From: Klebsormidium nitens
Taxonomy: Eukaryota; Plantae; Klebsormidiophyceae
DNA length: 44,432 nucleotides
NCBI GenBank assembly: GCA_000708835.1
Contig: DF237633.1
Location: 1-44,432, forward strand
Direction: 5' to 3'
Under the pieces are notes generated by a model. That model was not told where the DNA came from. It was given only the letters and a program-made list of their open reading frames with translations, and made no database searches. This document shows positions 1-10,847 of this stretch, in pieces. The stretch's first letter is position 1. Each line of letters opens with the position of its first letter. The position numbers and the translations under genes were made by a program.

Positions 1-139
1 GCCAACGCTCAACGAAAGCAACAGACGCATGGTGCAAATCCTCCAACTTTTCACCCGGTGGAGTCCGTGGATGAAAGTCGTGATTTAAGAAGAACGGTGT
101 CTGACCCACAGAAGAGTGAAACGCTGCATTGTGGGCAAA
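1..139 (-). mobile_element. Ty3/gypsy integrase C-terminal fragment (cut by window edge)
   Basis: Near-identical to 10681-10819. Minus strand reads FAHNAAFHSSVGQTPFFLNHDFHPRTPPGEKLEDLHHASVAFVERW, the gypsy integrase '(Y/H)N...H.S.G.TPF' region. Confidence 0.85.
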
Positions 140-2206
140 ATACGATCGAAAATCGGCGTCCAAAATTTGCCCCGCAGCTTTCGGGAAGCGCCTTCGCGGC
201 GCTGAACACTTGAATTGTCGCAGCGCCTTAACGGCGCTGCGGTAGCCGGGGCTCACCCTTCCGATGTTGTGGGGATCTGCAGGTTAGTGGGCCTTTTGAA
301 AGCTTGTATCCTTCGATTTGCGCGGCAGCAATTTCTTGAACGAACAGTGAAGCTGGATTGACTATCATTAGTATGAGGTGTACTTGACATGGAGTACTAG
401 CACACTACAAAGGGACTACAGACGTCGAATCGCCTTTTCAATTCTAGTCGCAAACTAGCATCCCTTGTTTGTTTTGCAGGATCCGCAACAGGGACGTTCT
501 TGCAGAGTGGGCCGTTGCATTCTGCGAGTGGGTGCAAGCACCATTGTGGACGTGGGAGGGGGAGCATGATGACGAGACGCTGGACAGGTCCGATGAGTTG
601 TTGCCTGTGTTTGAGGAGAAGTGCCATGCGCTGGCGCCCTTACAAAAGTCCCATTGGTGCTTCCGGAAGATGCACGAGACGTCCAAATTCACGGATTTCA
701 TCCGACGGTTCGGGTCGCCCCGGTGGTTCTGACGGAGCGAGGGGAAAGGCGGCACCACTAGGTGAAAAAGTGGTGGAAGGAGACAAACGGGAAGGACGTC
801 TCAAAGTCGCTGCACAAGTGGTGAGCAATCCATCCTTCTGTGCTTCGCACAGCGGGTCTTTCCAGTCACTTTCTAGTAGCATTGGAAGGGTCAGATGGCC
901 TCACGCACACCTTCAAATGTAGTCAGTTCGTCAGTACTATCTGAAGACCTGCGCGCGCTCAATTGTCTTCTTGTTGATGCTTTCTTTTTGCGTCTGCAGC
1001 TGGAATAACGCGCTAGCCATCGAATCAATCGAGGCGCAGCGGGCAGAGCTGGCCGAGTTGCAGAGTTACATGATGTGTACGACTCAGCGATGTTGGAGGC
1101 CTTGGACGCTAATGGGGAGGGTGGGGAGAACCGGCTCAACAAGACGGAGCTCTTCACCATTTACTATCCCAATCTACTAGTCCTGCCGGACCGCAAGGAC
1201 CAGGACCTCATCTTCGGGGGTAAGCCTTCAATATAGGGTACTGTTGCCCGACTGACTTTAGCGGCAACTCCTAGCTAGCAACATTTTAGGGTGACATTTC
1301 ACAAGGCATCTCCCTCAAAGCTTGAGTTGCTCGTCTATAATAGGTTTTTAAGTGACGATTACCATCCCCCGAAAACGTTGCCCCGTTTTCTAAGGAGCTT
1401 ATTCCATGTTGCAGATTGGGCAAAGGGTCGACAACTTCGGGACTGGATGCGGCGCATTCCGCTGTTGAAGGATCTTCCGGTCGCGTTGGCGGCTTACTTC
1501 ATGGACGATGAGGACATGCCGACTGCACGGAGGAGGGGGTTAAACATGATGGAATATCTGTCCGGCAAAATAAGCGAGCGGGTAAGCCACAACAGCTAAT
1601 AATACCAGCCAACGTGACCGTCTTGCCTTTTCAAACTCTGGAGGCCCTTGCAAAGAAGTTGCAACTTTAGTGTGGATAAGCTTTTGAATCCACGCTTTAG
1701 TCTGTCGTCCTAGTCAAGAGTCCTACGCTGCCATGTTGCAGATTGGTGTTGTCAGCTCCTGCTACGTGGTGCCGCACGAAGGAGGGAAGGAGCGGCTACA
1801 AAGCGCACGAGCAAGCGCAAACTACCACGGCGCCACAATTCTGAGTGATTTGCAAACACGGGATGGAAACAACCCAGCAGACCCGAATGCGAGCTGGTAT
1901 GGCACGGCCCACTTGTTTTTTAAGGCCACTGAGTCGAGGCGGGTTTGGGATAATAACAAAGGCAGGCGGGTGACGAAGAATATAGTCCACGATTTAGTGT
2001 TCATCCGTTGGTACAATGAGACCGGTTACCTTGATGCAACGAAATGCCCGCAGCTAGAGTGGGAGAACCGGCCGGGAAGTCCTCCCGGCACTCCCCATTG
2101 CACTGTAGAGAGCATTAGTTGCATTAAGTCTGTTCAAATGATGGTGCCCAAGCACACGTTTACACACGGCAAAAGCTTAGTGTACAGAAACTTGTACTAT
2201 AGGTAG
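140..2206 (+). pseudogene. Decayed, intron-containing Plavaka/CMC-like DNA transposase (3' part)
   Basis: Spliced fragments with GT-AG introns at 283-479 and 1582-1741, plus one at about 821-998. Contains KMHETSKFTDFIRRFGSPRWF(fs)TERGERRHH*VKKWWKETN, resembling the 'H...I..FG....TE.GE..H' motif. C-terminus reads RASANYHG..SD...WYG..LFF...LVFIRWY...V.SI..V.MVP. Frameshift at about 730 and an in-frame stop. Family assignment is from motif recall. Confidence 0.7.
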
Positions 2207-2633
2207 AGCAATCTCAAGACGCTAGGATGAACACATTTGTAACATTGTAGTGTGGCAGACTTTCATTGAGTAGACTTGGAATGGATCGCCAGTGCTCACA
2301 AATGATGAAGCATTCAACAAAATGTCCCACCCAATTTGCAGATTACCTTGCGCGCGCTGCGTCGTGCAGCTGGCGCGAGCATTCAATATTGGCTCTTTGA
2401 TTGCATTTTATTGAATCCATGCGCCGGTGCAGCTTTATGGTTTAGAGAGAATACATAGCACCTTGATGCTAGTTCAAGCTCTTTATACAGCCGACCAAGT
2501 ACGGAAATGTACAATGCAATCACTAGCATCAATTTACCGGTATGACAACAGTTGGCAGAGACCCAAGACTTCCCGCGCATCTATTCAAAACAAGCTGCCG
2601 TGAGAACCAACTATTGAAACCGTGCGCCAATGT

Positions 2634-4397
2634 CTAGAATTTCCCCCGCTTTGCTTTCACCTGCTCAATCATAGCCTCGTGCTCTGCTATCAATCCCGCA
2701 TCCTGTCTAAACTCCGCCCTCGCTCTCTTGAAAGCTTGCATCTCGCTCTCGTCTCCCGTTCCTGCCGCTCCGCTTTCTCCGCCGCCCGTTAGTCCTTCGC
2801 CTTCCCACTCGGGTCCTCTAAGCTTCACTACCATACTCATCAGCTGTTGGGAGCTTGCATAGCCGGTTTTGTCGACCGGCAAGCCCTCGCTGACATACAT
2901 CGCCTCGACCATCATGTTTCGCCCCGGCTCATCAAAGGCTTCTGGCAATGCCCGCCTGACGAGATTCTCAGAAAAGAGAACCTCGTGATCCGATGTAGGG
3001 AACGGGATAGTCGTAGGAAAGAAGCGGGAAAGAACGCTAAGAAGCCAGAGGTTGTGCTTTGCCTTGAACTTTTCAGCGATCTTGGCGTCATATCTGATCG
3101 CCATCACGACCGCCTCTCCCGGGATCCAGAAGTCCTCCCAGAACCCACGACCCATATTGCCAAGACCCTTAACCGGCGCCTTACCCGTCGTCTTCCTGCC
3201 CGGCTTCTCATAGAACGAGCTTCCTCCGATCTCTTCTTCCTCCTTCTCCAAGTCCACCGACCCTAAGTCCTCGCTCTCCGAACCCCCCTCCTCGGACTCG
3301 CTCTCCTCGATCTCGCTTTCCCCTTCCAAGTCCGTCTCCGTTTCCCCCGAATCGACGTCTGCATTCTCTTGATTGGCCGTGGCAGAACGCGAACCCCCTG
3401 CGCCGGCCGCCGCCGCTTCCGAATCGAAAGCTCGGGCGCCGCTTCAATCACATTTGCCAAATTTTTCAGGAATTCTCGCCGAAGCGCCACGTGGTCTCGC
3501 CCTACAGCTTGATACTGCCAAACCGCCCGCCTCATCGCCCCTTGAATGCCCAACCCCTAAGAGACGGCGGAGCGCACGACAATCTTTGCAAAGGCCTCGG
3601 GGGTGCGGTCTGCGGCACAGAGGTCACCAAGCCCAACCCTAAGAGTGGCGGCCGATGATCCTCACGCACGAGCGGCCAATGCTCGCGCCCGGGTCCCAAC
3701 TCCTTCTTGCGGTTCGGCCCCCGGCACTACATACCCGATTGCCCGGATCAAGCGCTCAGGACTTTGAGACACCCTCGCCTTCCACTTCCTTCGCCACCTC
3801 AAACTCCGACTCCTCGTCTCTATCTCCCAGCGGCCGCCATCCCAAGTCCTGTGCCCCGACGTCGCCTTCTCGCTCTTCGTGTGGCGTCCCAACCGCACCT
3901 TCCCTTTCTTTTCTATTTGCCGAATCACGCAACATCTGGTACAGCTGGAACGGGTGGGCATTGGTCCCCGTAGCGTACTTTAGCTGCGTTTCCGAGTAGT
4001 ACGCCCCGGACAACCCTCTAACGACAAACACGGGGAGCGCCCTCACCATGTCCGCCATTGCCTCCCCCTCCCTGCGCAGCTGATCAGCCGTACTCAATCC
4101 CTCACTCGCCCAAGCTTCCCGCTGCTCTTTCCACGTCTGCATCTGGATGCTAGTCTCGGCCCACGTTCCTCTCTCCAACCATTCATTGAAGACGTACACG
4201 GTCGCGTCTTCAATGGAGACCGTTCTTCCCTCCAGCCCCTGGTACTTCGACCCACTGACCGGAGGCTGGAGAACACCATGCCCACGGGCCTTCTGAGCGC
4301 CGAACAGGTCGTTGATGAGTTTGCACCGTGAGTACCACTTCTCCTTGGCCGGACCTTCCTCTGAACTTGCATTGCAGGAACCGGCGCACGCATTCAA
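2634..4397 (-). pseudogene. Unknown protein (ORF2) with acidic/low-complexity centre; frameshifted, probably transposon-borne
   Basis: Protein-like ORFs 3756-4397 and 2634-3329 are joined by frame-switching pieces (ERLIRAIGYVVP; MRRAVWQYQAVGRDHVALRREFLKNLANVIEAAPEL). GC-rich and purine-biased like a coding strand. No family recognised. Confidence 0.55.
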
Positions 4398-5320
4398 TTT
4401 TGATTGATCATTTGCGGAAATTTGAATCTGTGCGCGGCGGCCGCGGCTAGAGCATTACGCGGCCGCGGCTCGTCTATTGAGCCGCATCCGCACAACAGGC
4501 CCCAACACTCGCGCACAAATTCAAACCGCGGCAGGAAAGACCAAATCTTTAAAACTGTGCGCAAACCTTCCGCGGGCGGCCGACGCGCGCCTGCTTGATG
4601 GCGCGCGCACGCACGCGCTGCATTTGCACAGTTCGGCGCACAGATTCACAGAGTGCTGCCAGAGAGTCCCACTGTGAAATCTTGCGCTACTAAGCATTGT
4701 CTATTTAACACGTACATGTGAAGCGTACCTGGTTCTGGAATGGAGGCAGTCCTCGAAAGCTCCTCGACGAAGGACGCCAACACGGTGCCCAACGGCAATT
4801 CTTCCGTCCGCTGTGACTTCCTTCTCCGAAAAGACCCTCCAATCATGCATGAGCCGGGCGCACACCGGCTTGCCCTCCAAGGCCGCGGCATTCGCAGCTA
4901 GCGTAGCTGAGATATCTAATTGAACGTCGAAAAACGATTCTGGTGGACTGGGCCGCTCTGCAAAGATTAGCGGGCAACATATAAAACACTTGAAATATAA
5001 CTGTGACTCGCTTTATAATTTTAAGCAGTGTACAAGTAGATTCATGTTTAGCAGAGGTCGCCTAGTAAACATGATGCAAGCGAACATGACACTTTGCTCA
5101 TCACAAGAATTCACTGCCATGTTTGTACAACCCCAGGAGTGTATGGTATATACAAAACAAATGGTTGGTTCTCTAATGGCAATTGTCAGGAAGCACCGGC
5201 TACAATCTTCATGTTCTCAATTCCAGACAAAAACGACCCTAGGTAGCCATTTCTAAAACAGAAAAAAAGCTTGGCAAGTTATTAAAAGCTATCCTACCCG
5301 CTCCACTTGCACCCTCTATC

Positions 5321-7127
5321 CTACTGGTCTTGTTGGGCAAGTAGCTCCTCCTGCCCCTCAGCCACCAGGAGCGCCGCGTCGAGCTCCACTTCCTCTCCCC
5401 CCCCCCCCTCAGCGTGCTGCTCCTTGCGCACCGGCTCCCGGTTCTCAGCCAGCTCCCGGGCCCTCTCCGCTGCTTCAAGCTTCTCATGCGCCCGGGCGTC
5501 TTTCAACGCCTCCTTCCTTGCCTTCTCCTCCAATGCCGCCTCGAGCACCCTCACCCTTTCCGCTGCAGCTGCCGTCTCGTCCTCCTCCGCCTCCTCCTCC
5601 TCCTCACCCCGGGCCTCCCGCTCCACCCTATCAAATTCCCTAACGCGCCTGTCGTATTCCGCCCTGCGCCGCGCTTCACTACCGGTGCGTTTTGCCTTGG
5701 GCGGACGAACCCAGTGTTCGGGATCCACTCCCTCAAGCGAGGGTCCCACTCCGCACGGCCGGCAGTCTCTTCTTCCGCCGGCGAGTACTTCACCGCAGAC
5801 TTTAGCACCTCCGTCTTGTCCCCGGGAGTATCTCCCCGAATGCGCCGTGCAAGCTTGAATTCCTAAGTTGGGTTGCAACGTGACCGGCTTGGCGTGCACA
5901 GCTGCAAAGTTGGCGTCTTCGAGGACGTTGGATGAGTAGTCCTCTGTAGCAGTTTGAAGCGCGGTGACTGTGTCAATGGTCCACCTGCAATAGAAGCAGC
6001 GCACAGATTCATTGGCGCCTTGCTTTTGCGGTGAAATGTGAAACCATGCGCGGATTGCACATGCCCCAGATGAAAGGCGCGCACGGATTCAAAAGTGTTG
6101 CATTCAAGCTAAATTTTTGAAATCTCGCGCCGGATGGGAAGACAACACTACAAGGGAATTGTGCAGCCCAAAGGCAAACTAGAAGTGCCCTCACGACGCC
6201 ACAGTTAAGAATATTAAGAAGAGTAGGTAGGAAATGATAACGAGTCGCCCGCTCTAAGAATATCAAGTTTGAAGATGGTAAGACGAGCGGCGCGCAACCG
6301 TTCAAATATCGAGCATCAGGACGTCTGAATTGAAAGCATGCGCAGTCTCAAGCAGAACAGATATTTGAGGGTAGATGCAGTGAACTCCCTTAAAAAATAA
6401 AGGTATTGAGAAGAATAGAGCAAAACCAAAGGTGCCCATCAGCGGTTTTCAACAAGCTTGGTAGTAAAAAGGCATTATGAAGCAAGTGGGCCGCCCAATA
6501 GAAGGATATTACTTGATACAAAAGGGCGCATAAAACGATTGAAATAACAGTTTAGAGCCATTTCACAAACGGCATTGCGTCAAAATGCACGAAATAAAAG
6601 CTGCTGCATTACAAAGAGGGCTACACAAATCACATTGTCTTCAAACCCGAGCTTACAATTCCAAGCCTGCGCTAGGAGGTCACATTGAGGCACTCACCGA
6701 ATGTCGTCCCGCCCTGAGACCTTGCTGGTGATTTCCCTAATCACACGGTTGAAAGGCAAGCGGCGAATGAGAAGGCTGCCGTATCTCTGGAACTTTCTGA
6801 TTTCCTTGAGGGACCGGGGGAGGCGCGCCTTGTAGCGCTTCTTGGCGGGCGGCTCCGAAGTGGGGGTAGGCGGGTTTTTCACAGCCACGTCCCGGCCTCT
6901 CTTCTCACCCGACACGTGTTGCTTGCCCTTGTCTGCAGTCGCCGCCTTCCGCGTCATTCCTCAAGCCTTTTGCGCTTTTGCTTCAGCTTTTCTAGGTGTC
7001 TGTTCAAATTGGGAGGCTTTTTCATGGGCCCTTTGCCCCCGCTGCCCTGCGCCGGCTCCGTCGCATTAGTTTCCTGGACTTGGTTAGAGGGCCCTGCTTC
7101 TCTTGGCCTGACGAATTTTTGCCGCAT
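5321..7127 (-). pseudogene. Histone H3-like (CENH3-like) gene with ~170-aa charged C-terminal extension; 2 exons, frameshifted
   Basis: Exon ends at 6698 (cg|GTGAGT), intron 6697-5985, exon resumes at 5984 (TGCAG|g tgg). Spliced fold reads KKRYKARLPRSLKEIRKFQRYGSLLIRRLPFNRVIREITSKVSGRDDIRWTIDTVTALQTATEDYSSNVLEDANFAAVHAKPVTLQP[+4 nt]KEFKLARRIRG, which aligns with H3 residues ~37-132. Frameshifts at about 6958, 5864-5867 and about 5700. Start could be 7127 or 6957. Confidence 0.9.
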
Positions 7128-7260
7128 TTCGAGTGTTGGCCGACGGGGACTTGAAGATCATTAGAAGCAAGGTCAAGCGCCCTAATGAGTTAAGCGCCCT
7201 TTGCCGACGAGCCTATCTTGGAAATGATGCTGATTGGATCATGTTTCCCGCTAGATCCAG

Positions 7261-7293
7261 AAACCCTAGGTATCGTGACCCGCTGAAACCCTA
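7261..7293 (+). promoter_or_regulatory. Two telo-box (AAACCCTA) motifs
   Basis: AAACCCTA at 7261-7268 and 7286-7293, between the H3-like start (7127, minus) and gypsy gag (7721, plus). Function not shown. Confidence 0.3.
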
Positions 7294-7720
7294 AATGGGG
7301 TATATCCAACACGTGCGCGCGGGCATTCACACATGCAGAAGTATTGCAGGGTTTGTGAATCTCCGCGCCCCGCGGCATGAGCCGCGGCTCCTGCGCGGCG
7401 CCGCGATCGGCGGTACGCACACGGTCGGCACCATGCGGCACGCAGGCATGAACAACCAGACATGTACCCGGCACACTGGGCGGCATCACAGTACTCTGAT
7501 GCACGGCAACACAGCTGCCGGTCACAATGCGGACCGGCACACATACCGCCGCGCACATACCTCAAGTGCGCCGCGCGTTAGAGAATACCGCCGCACGGCG
7601 ATCGACTTTGCCCCTCGAACCGGCACCAACATGTGCGGCAGCTGCGCGGCACGCCCCGGTCGAGCGTGTTTACCAGCGGCACACCATCCTAGATATGCGC
7701 GGCGATACCCGATTTTTCTG

Positions 7721-10386
7721 ATGCAGCAAGCTCATGCTACGGCTGCACAGGCACAACAGCAAGCTCAGGCTGCTGCCGTTGCAGCTGCTGCAGAGCAGGT
7801 AAAGGCCTCGCCTCCTTCCAAGTGGGAGAATAAGGCGAGCAACCCGCCCATTCTGGAGTGGTTCGATCAGATCGAAGAGTATCTTCGGAATACGCCTAAC
7901 GCTAAGTACCTATTTGCGTTTGGCGTCTTCATATCTGAATGGGAAGCCAAGGTCGTATTGGTTCTTCTCAGTATGTTGTGTATCAGCGTGCGAACCCAGG
8001 GTTGTATCCTCGGAATGCTCGTCAGTTTTTCAGGGACACCATGACTCGTGGGTATGGTCTGAGGACTCCCATTCAGTCTTATTGGGACACCTGGAATAAT
8101 CTCAAGCAGGGATCCACAAGTGTGGATGAGTACAACGTTGCTTTCGAGCAAGCTGCTACTAACCTTGCCGCTGAGATTACAGACGAGCAGATCAGGATCG
8201 AGAAGTATCGGTCTGGTCTCCATGTGGATCTGAAGAAATTGTGCAGAACGTCTCGCAACGGTACTCGTTGGAATGCTCTGCGTGATCCTATGAAGTACGC
8301 TACTTCGCAGTGGCCAATGATCGAGGAACGCTTGGAGCGTAAGCCTGCCCAGTCCACCAAGTCGGTGGCTGGCAAATGTAAGGCGTCCGGAAGTGGCTCC
8401 GGGAGGACGTCGAAGGCGGGGCTGTCTGCTGCCCTTACGGACGAGCAGTACGCTTATAACATGGCGAACCGCCTGTGCCACAACTGCGGGAAGCCTGACC
8501 ATCATGGCATGTTGCAGCAGACTCTACTGAGGAACCTCAAAATAGCAGCAATAATGGGAAGGAACAGAAGAAGGGTAGGAAGGATTTTCAGAAACGCTAG
8601 GCAGTGCAGGACTGTTGTCTAGTGTTGATAACTCTGTGTTAGATCTGTCAGAACAAGACTTCCTGACAATATCAAACATTACTGGTCGTATCTTTGATAT
8701 GGGAGTTCGTCGTTCTGAAGATTCTATTTCCACATATNNNNNNNNNNNNNNNNNNNNNNNNNNNNNNNNNNNNNNNNNNNNNNNNNNNNNNNNNNNNNNN
8801 NNNNNNNNNNNNNNNNNNNNNNNNNNNNNNNNNNNNNNNNNNNNNNNNNNNNNNNNNNNNNNNNNNNNNNNNNNNNNNNNNNNNNNNNNNNNNNNNNNNN
8901 NNNNNNNNNNNNNNNNNNNNNNNNNNNNNNNNNNNNNNNNNNNNNNNNNNNNNNNNNNNNNNNNNNNNNNNNNNNNNNNNNNNNNNNNNNNNNNNNNNNN
9001 NNNNNNNNNNNNNNNNNNNNNNNNNNNNNNNNNNNNNNNNNNNNNNNNNNNNNNNNNNNNNNNNNNNNNNNNNNNNNNNNNNNNNNNNNNNNNNNNNNNN
9101 NNNNNNNNNNNNNNNNNNNNNNNNNNNNNNNNNNNNNNNNNNNNNNNNNNNNNNNNNNNNNNNNNNNNNNNNNNNNNNNNNNNNNNNNNNNNNNNNNNNN
9201 NNNNNNNNNNNNNNNNNNNNNNNNNNNNNNNNNNNNNNNNNNNNNNNNNNNNNNNNNNNNNNNNNNNNNNNNNNNNNNNNNNNNNNNNNNNNNNNNNNNN
9301 NNNNNNNNNNNNNNNNNNNNNNNNNNNNNNNNNNNNNNNNNNNNNNNNNNNNNNNNNNNNNNAGGCATAACCGTAAGTCCTTCTTCTCGGACTATGCGTT
9401 TGGCGAACGATGTTGTTGTTGAAGATATTCTGGGTGAGGCGACAGTGTACGTCCAATTAGGGGCGTTTCACAAGCCTGTGAAGTGCTATGTCATGAATTT
9501 ATTGTACGAAGTGGATCTTATACTTGGCGATGAGTTTATGGACAAGCATAATTGCATTATGCATTATGGCAAGAATTGCGTGATGATCCAGAAGGGGAAA
9601 AGAAATACAACTGTGAAAAGCCCTGCTATTCCTCGCTTGCAAGTCGTTGAAGAAAAGAAAGCTAATCCCAGTGTGTTGTCTTATTCGCAGATGAAGCGGT
9701 TGATGCGGAAGGGCGTTCCTATGTACTTGGCCTCGCTGAAGCCAATGGACGATTGCGTCCCGCCCCAGGCCGTCGACGCTTCATCCGTAGCTGGCTCTGT
9801 TGGGTCTCCTACAACTGTGTCCCATGAACAACATGTCCAACCGATCGACCCCGTCTCAAGTGAGAAGAAGTGGGTTTCCGATTTGCTGTCTGAAATTTTT
9901 GAAGTGTTTCAGGGTCCAATGCCGGTTGACTTGCCTCCTATTCGTGCAGAAGGTGACAGTATTCCTACCGAGCCAGGTCATCCACCTACGTTTATGCAGA
10001 TGTACCGTTTATCTCCTTTGGAATATCGTGAGTTGGAAAACAGGTGACTGCGTTTCTTAAAGCGCAAATTGTGGAGTTTTCCCAATCTCCGTATGGAGCA
10101 CCTGTTCTGTTTGTTCCAAAGCCCAACGGTCGTGGTCTTCGTCTGTGTGTGGATTATCGAGCGCTAAACTCGATAACCATCAAAAACCGTTGTACGATTC
10201 CTCGTATTGATGATCTGTTAGACGCTGTGTCTGGATCTCAATATTTCACTTCGCTTGATCTTACGTCTGGCTACCATCAGATCTTGATTTCGGAAGAGGA
10301 TCGTCCGAAGACTGCTTTTCGTACGCCGTTTGGGCATTTCCAGTTCAAAGTGTTGATCGAAGGTTTGACGAATGCTCCGGCAACGT
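7721..10386 (+). mobile_element. Degenerate Ty3/gypsy retrotransposon: gag, protease region and RT N-terminal half
   Basis: gag with EWFDQIEEYL, LKQGSTSVDEY and zinc knuckle CHNCGKPDH (frameshifted). Protease C-terminal DLILGDEF. RT reads [66 protein letters not shown]. Frameshift at about 10042. Spans the 625-N gap. Confidence 0.93.
8738..9362. other. Assembly gap (625 N)
   Basis: Run of N. Confidence 1.
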
Positions 10387-10827
10387 CTGACCTCTAAGGC
10401 TCAAGCAGAGATACGTGAAATACAGGATGAACACGCCAACCTGGATTCATCTTCAGCTTGTATGCTACGGGACCCACAACCTGCTCGACTTCAAATGGAC
10501 CAATCCATTTGGGGAGAAGCTTGCGAGAAGTCTCGCCACGCTTAATGTTAAGATACTTCGTACTCAAAAGAACCTTATCTCCCACAGAGAACGTTTTCTC
10601 TATTCGACGCTGGTCTGCATCCGCTTTCTGTCTCTGTTGAGCTGCAATTAAACACTTGCGAGCAAAGGCGAGAGCAGATTGCCAACGCTCAACGAAAGGA
10701 ACAGACGCAGGGTGCACATCCTCCAACTTTTCACCCGGTGGAGTCCTTGGGTTAGAGCCGGAGTTAAGGAAAAACGGTGTCTGACCTACAGAAGAGTGAA
10801 ACGCTGAGTTATGAGCAAACTCCGCTC
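10387..10827 (-). mobile_element. Inverted Ty3/gypsy integrase C-terminal fragment
   Basis: Minus strand reads ...QRQKADADQRR..FSVGDKVLLST...KLLPKWIGPFEV..VGPVAYKL..HPVFHVSLLEP*, the GPY/F region upstream of a chromodomain position. Confidence 0.92.
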
Positions 10828-10847
10828 NNNNNNNNNNNNNNNNNNNN
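10828..10847. other. Assembly gap (20 N)
   Basis: Run of N. Confidence 1.

Noticed and set aside
187-240. Twin hairpins AGCGCC-N5-GGCGCT (187-203, 220-240) as a Helitron end or terminator
   Set aside because: No CTRR terminus at the expected distance, and they lie inside a probable transposase exon.
140-7260. Terminal inverted repeats of the DNA transposon
   Set aside because: No matching ends found; the left side is cut by gypsy sequence.
7190-7720. LTR and primer-binding site of the gypsy element
   Set aside because: No TG...CA repeat pair or clear tRNA-complementary PBS recognised.
8524-9456. Long ORFs listed in the ORF track
   Set aside because: Artefacts of translating through the N gap.
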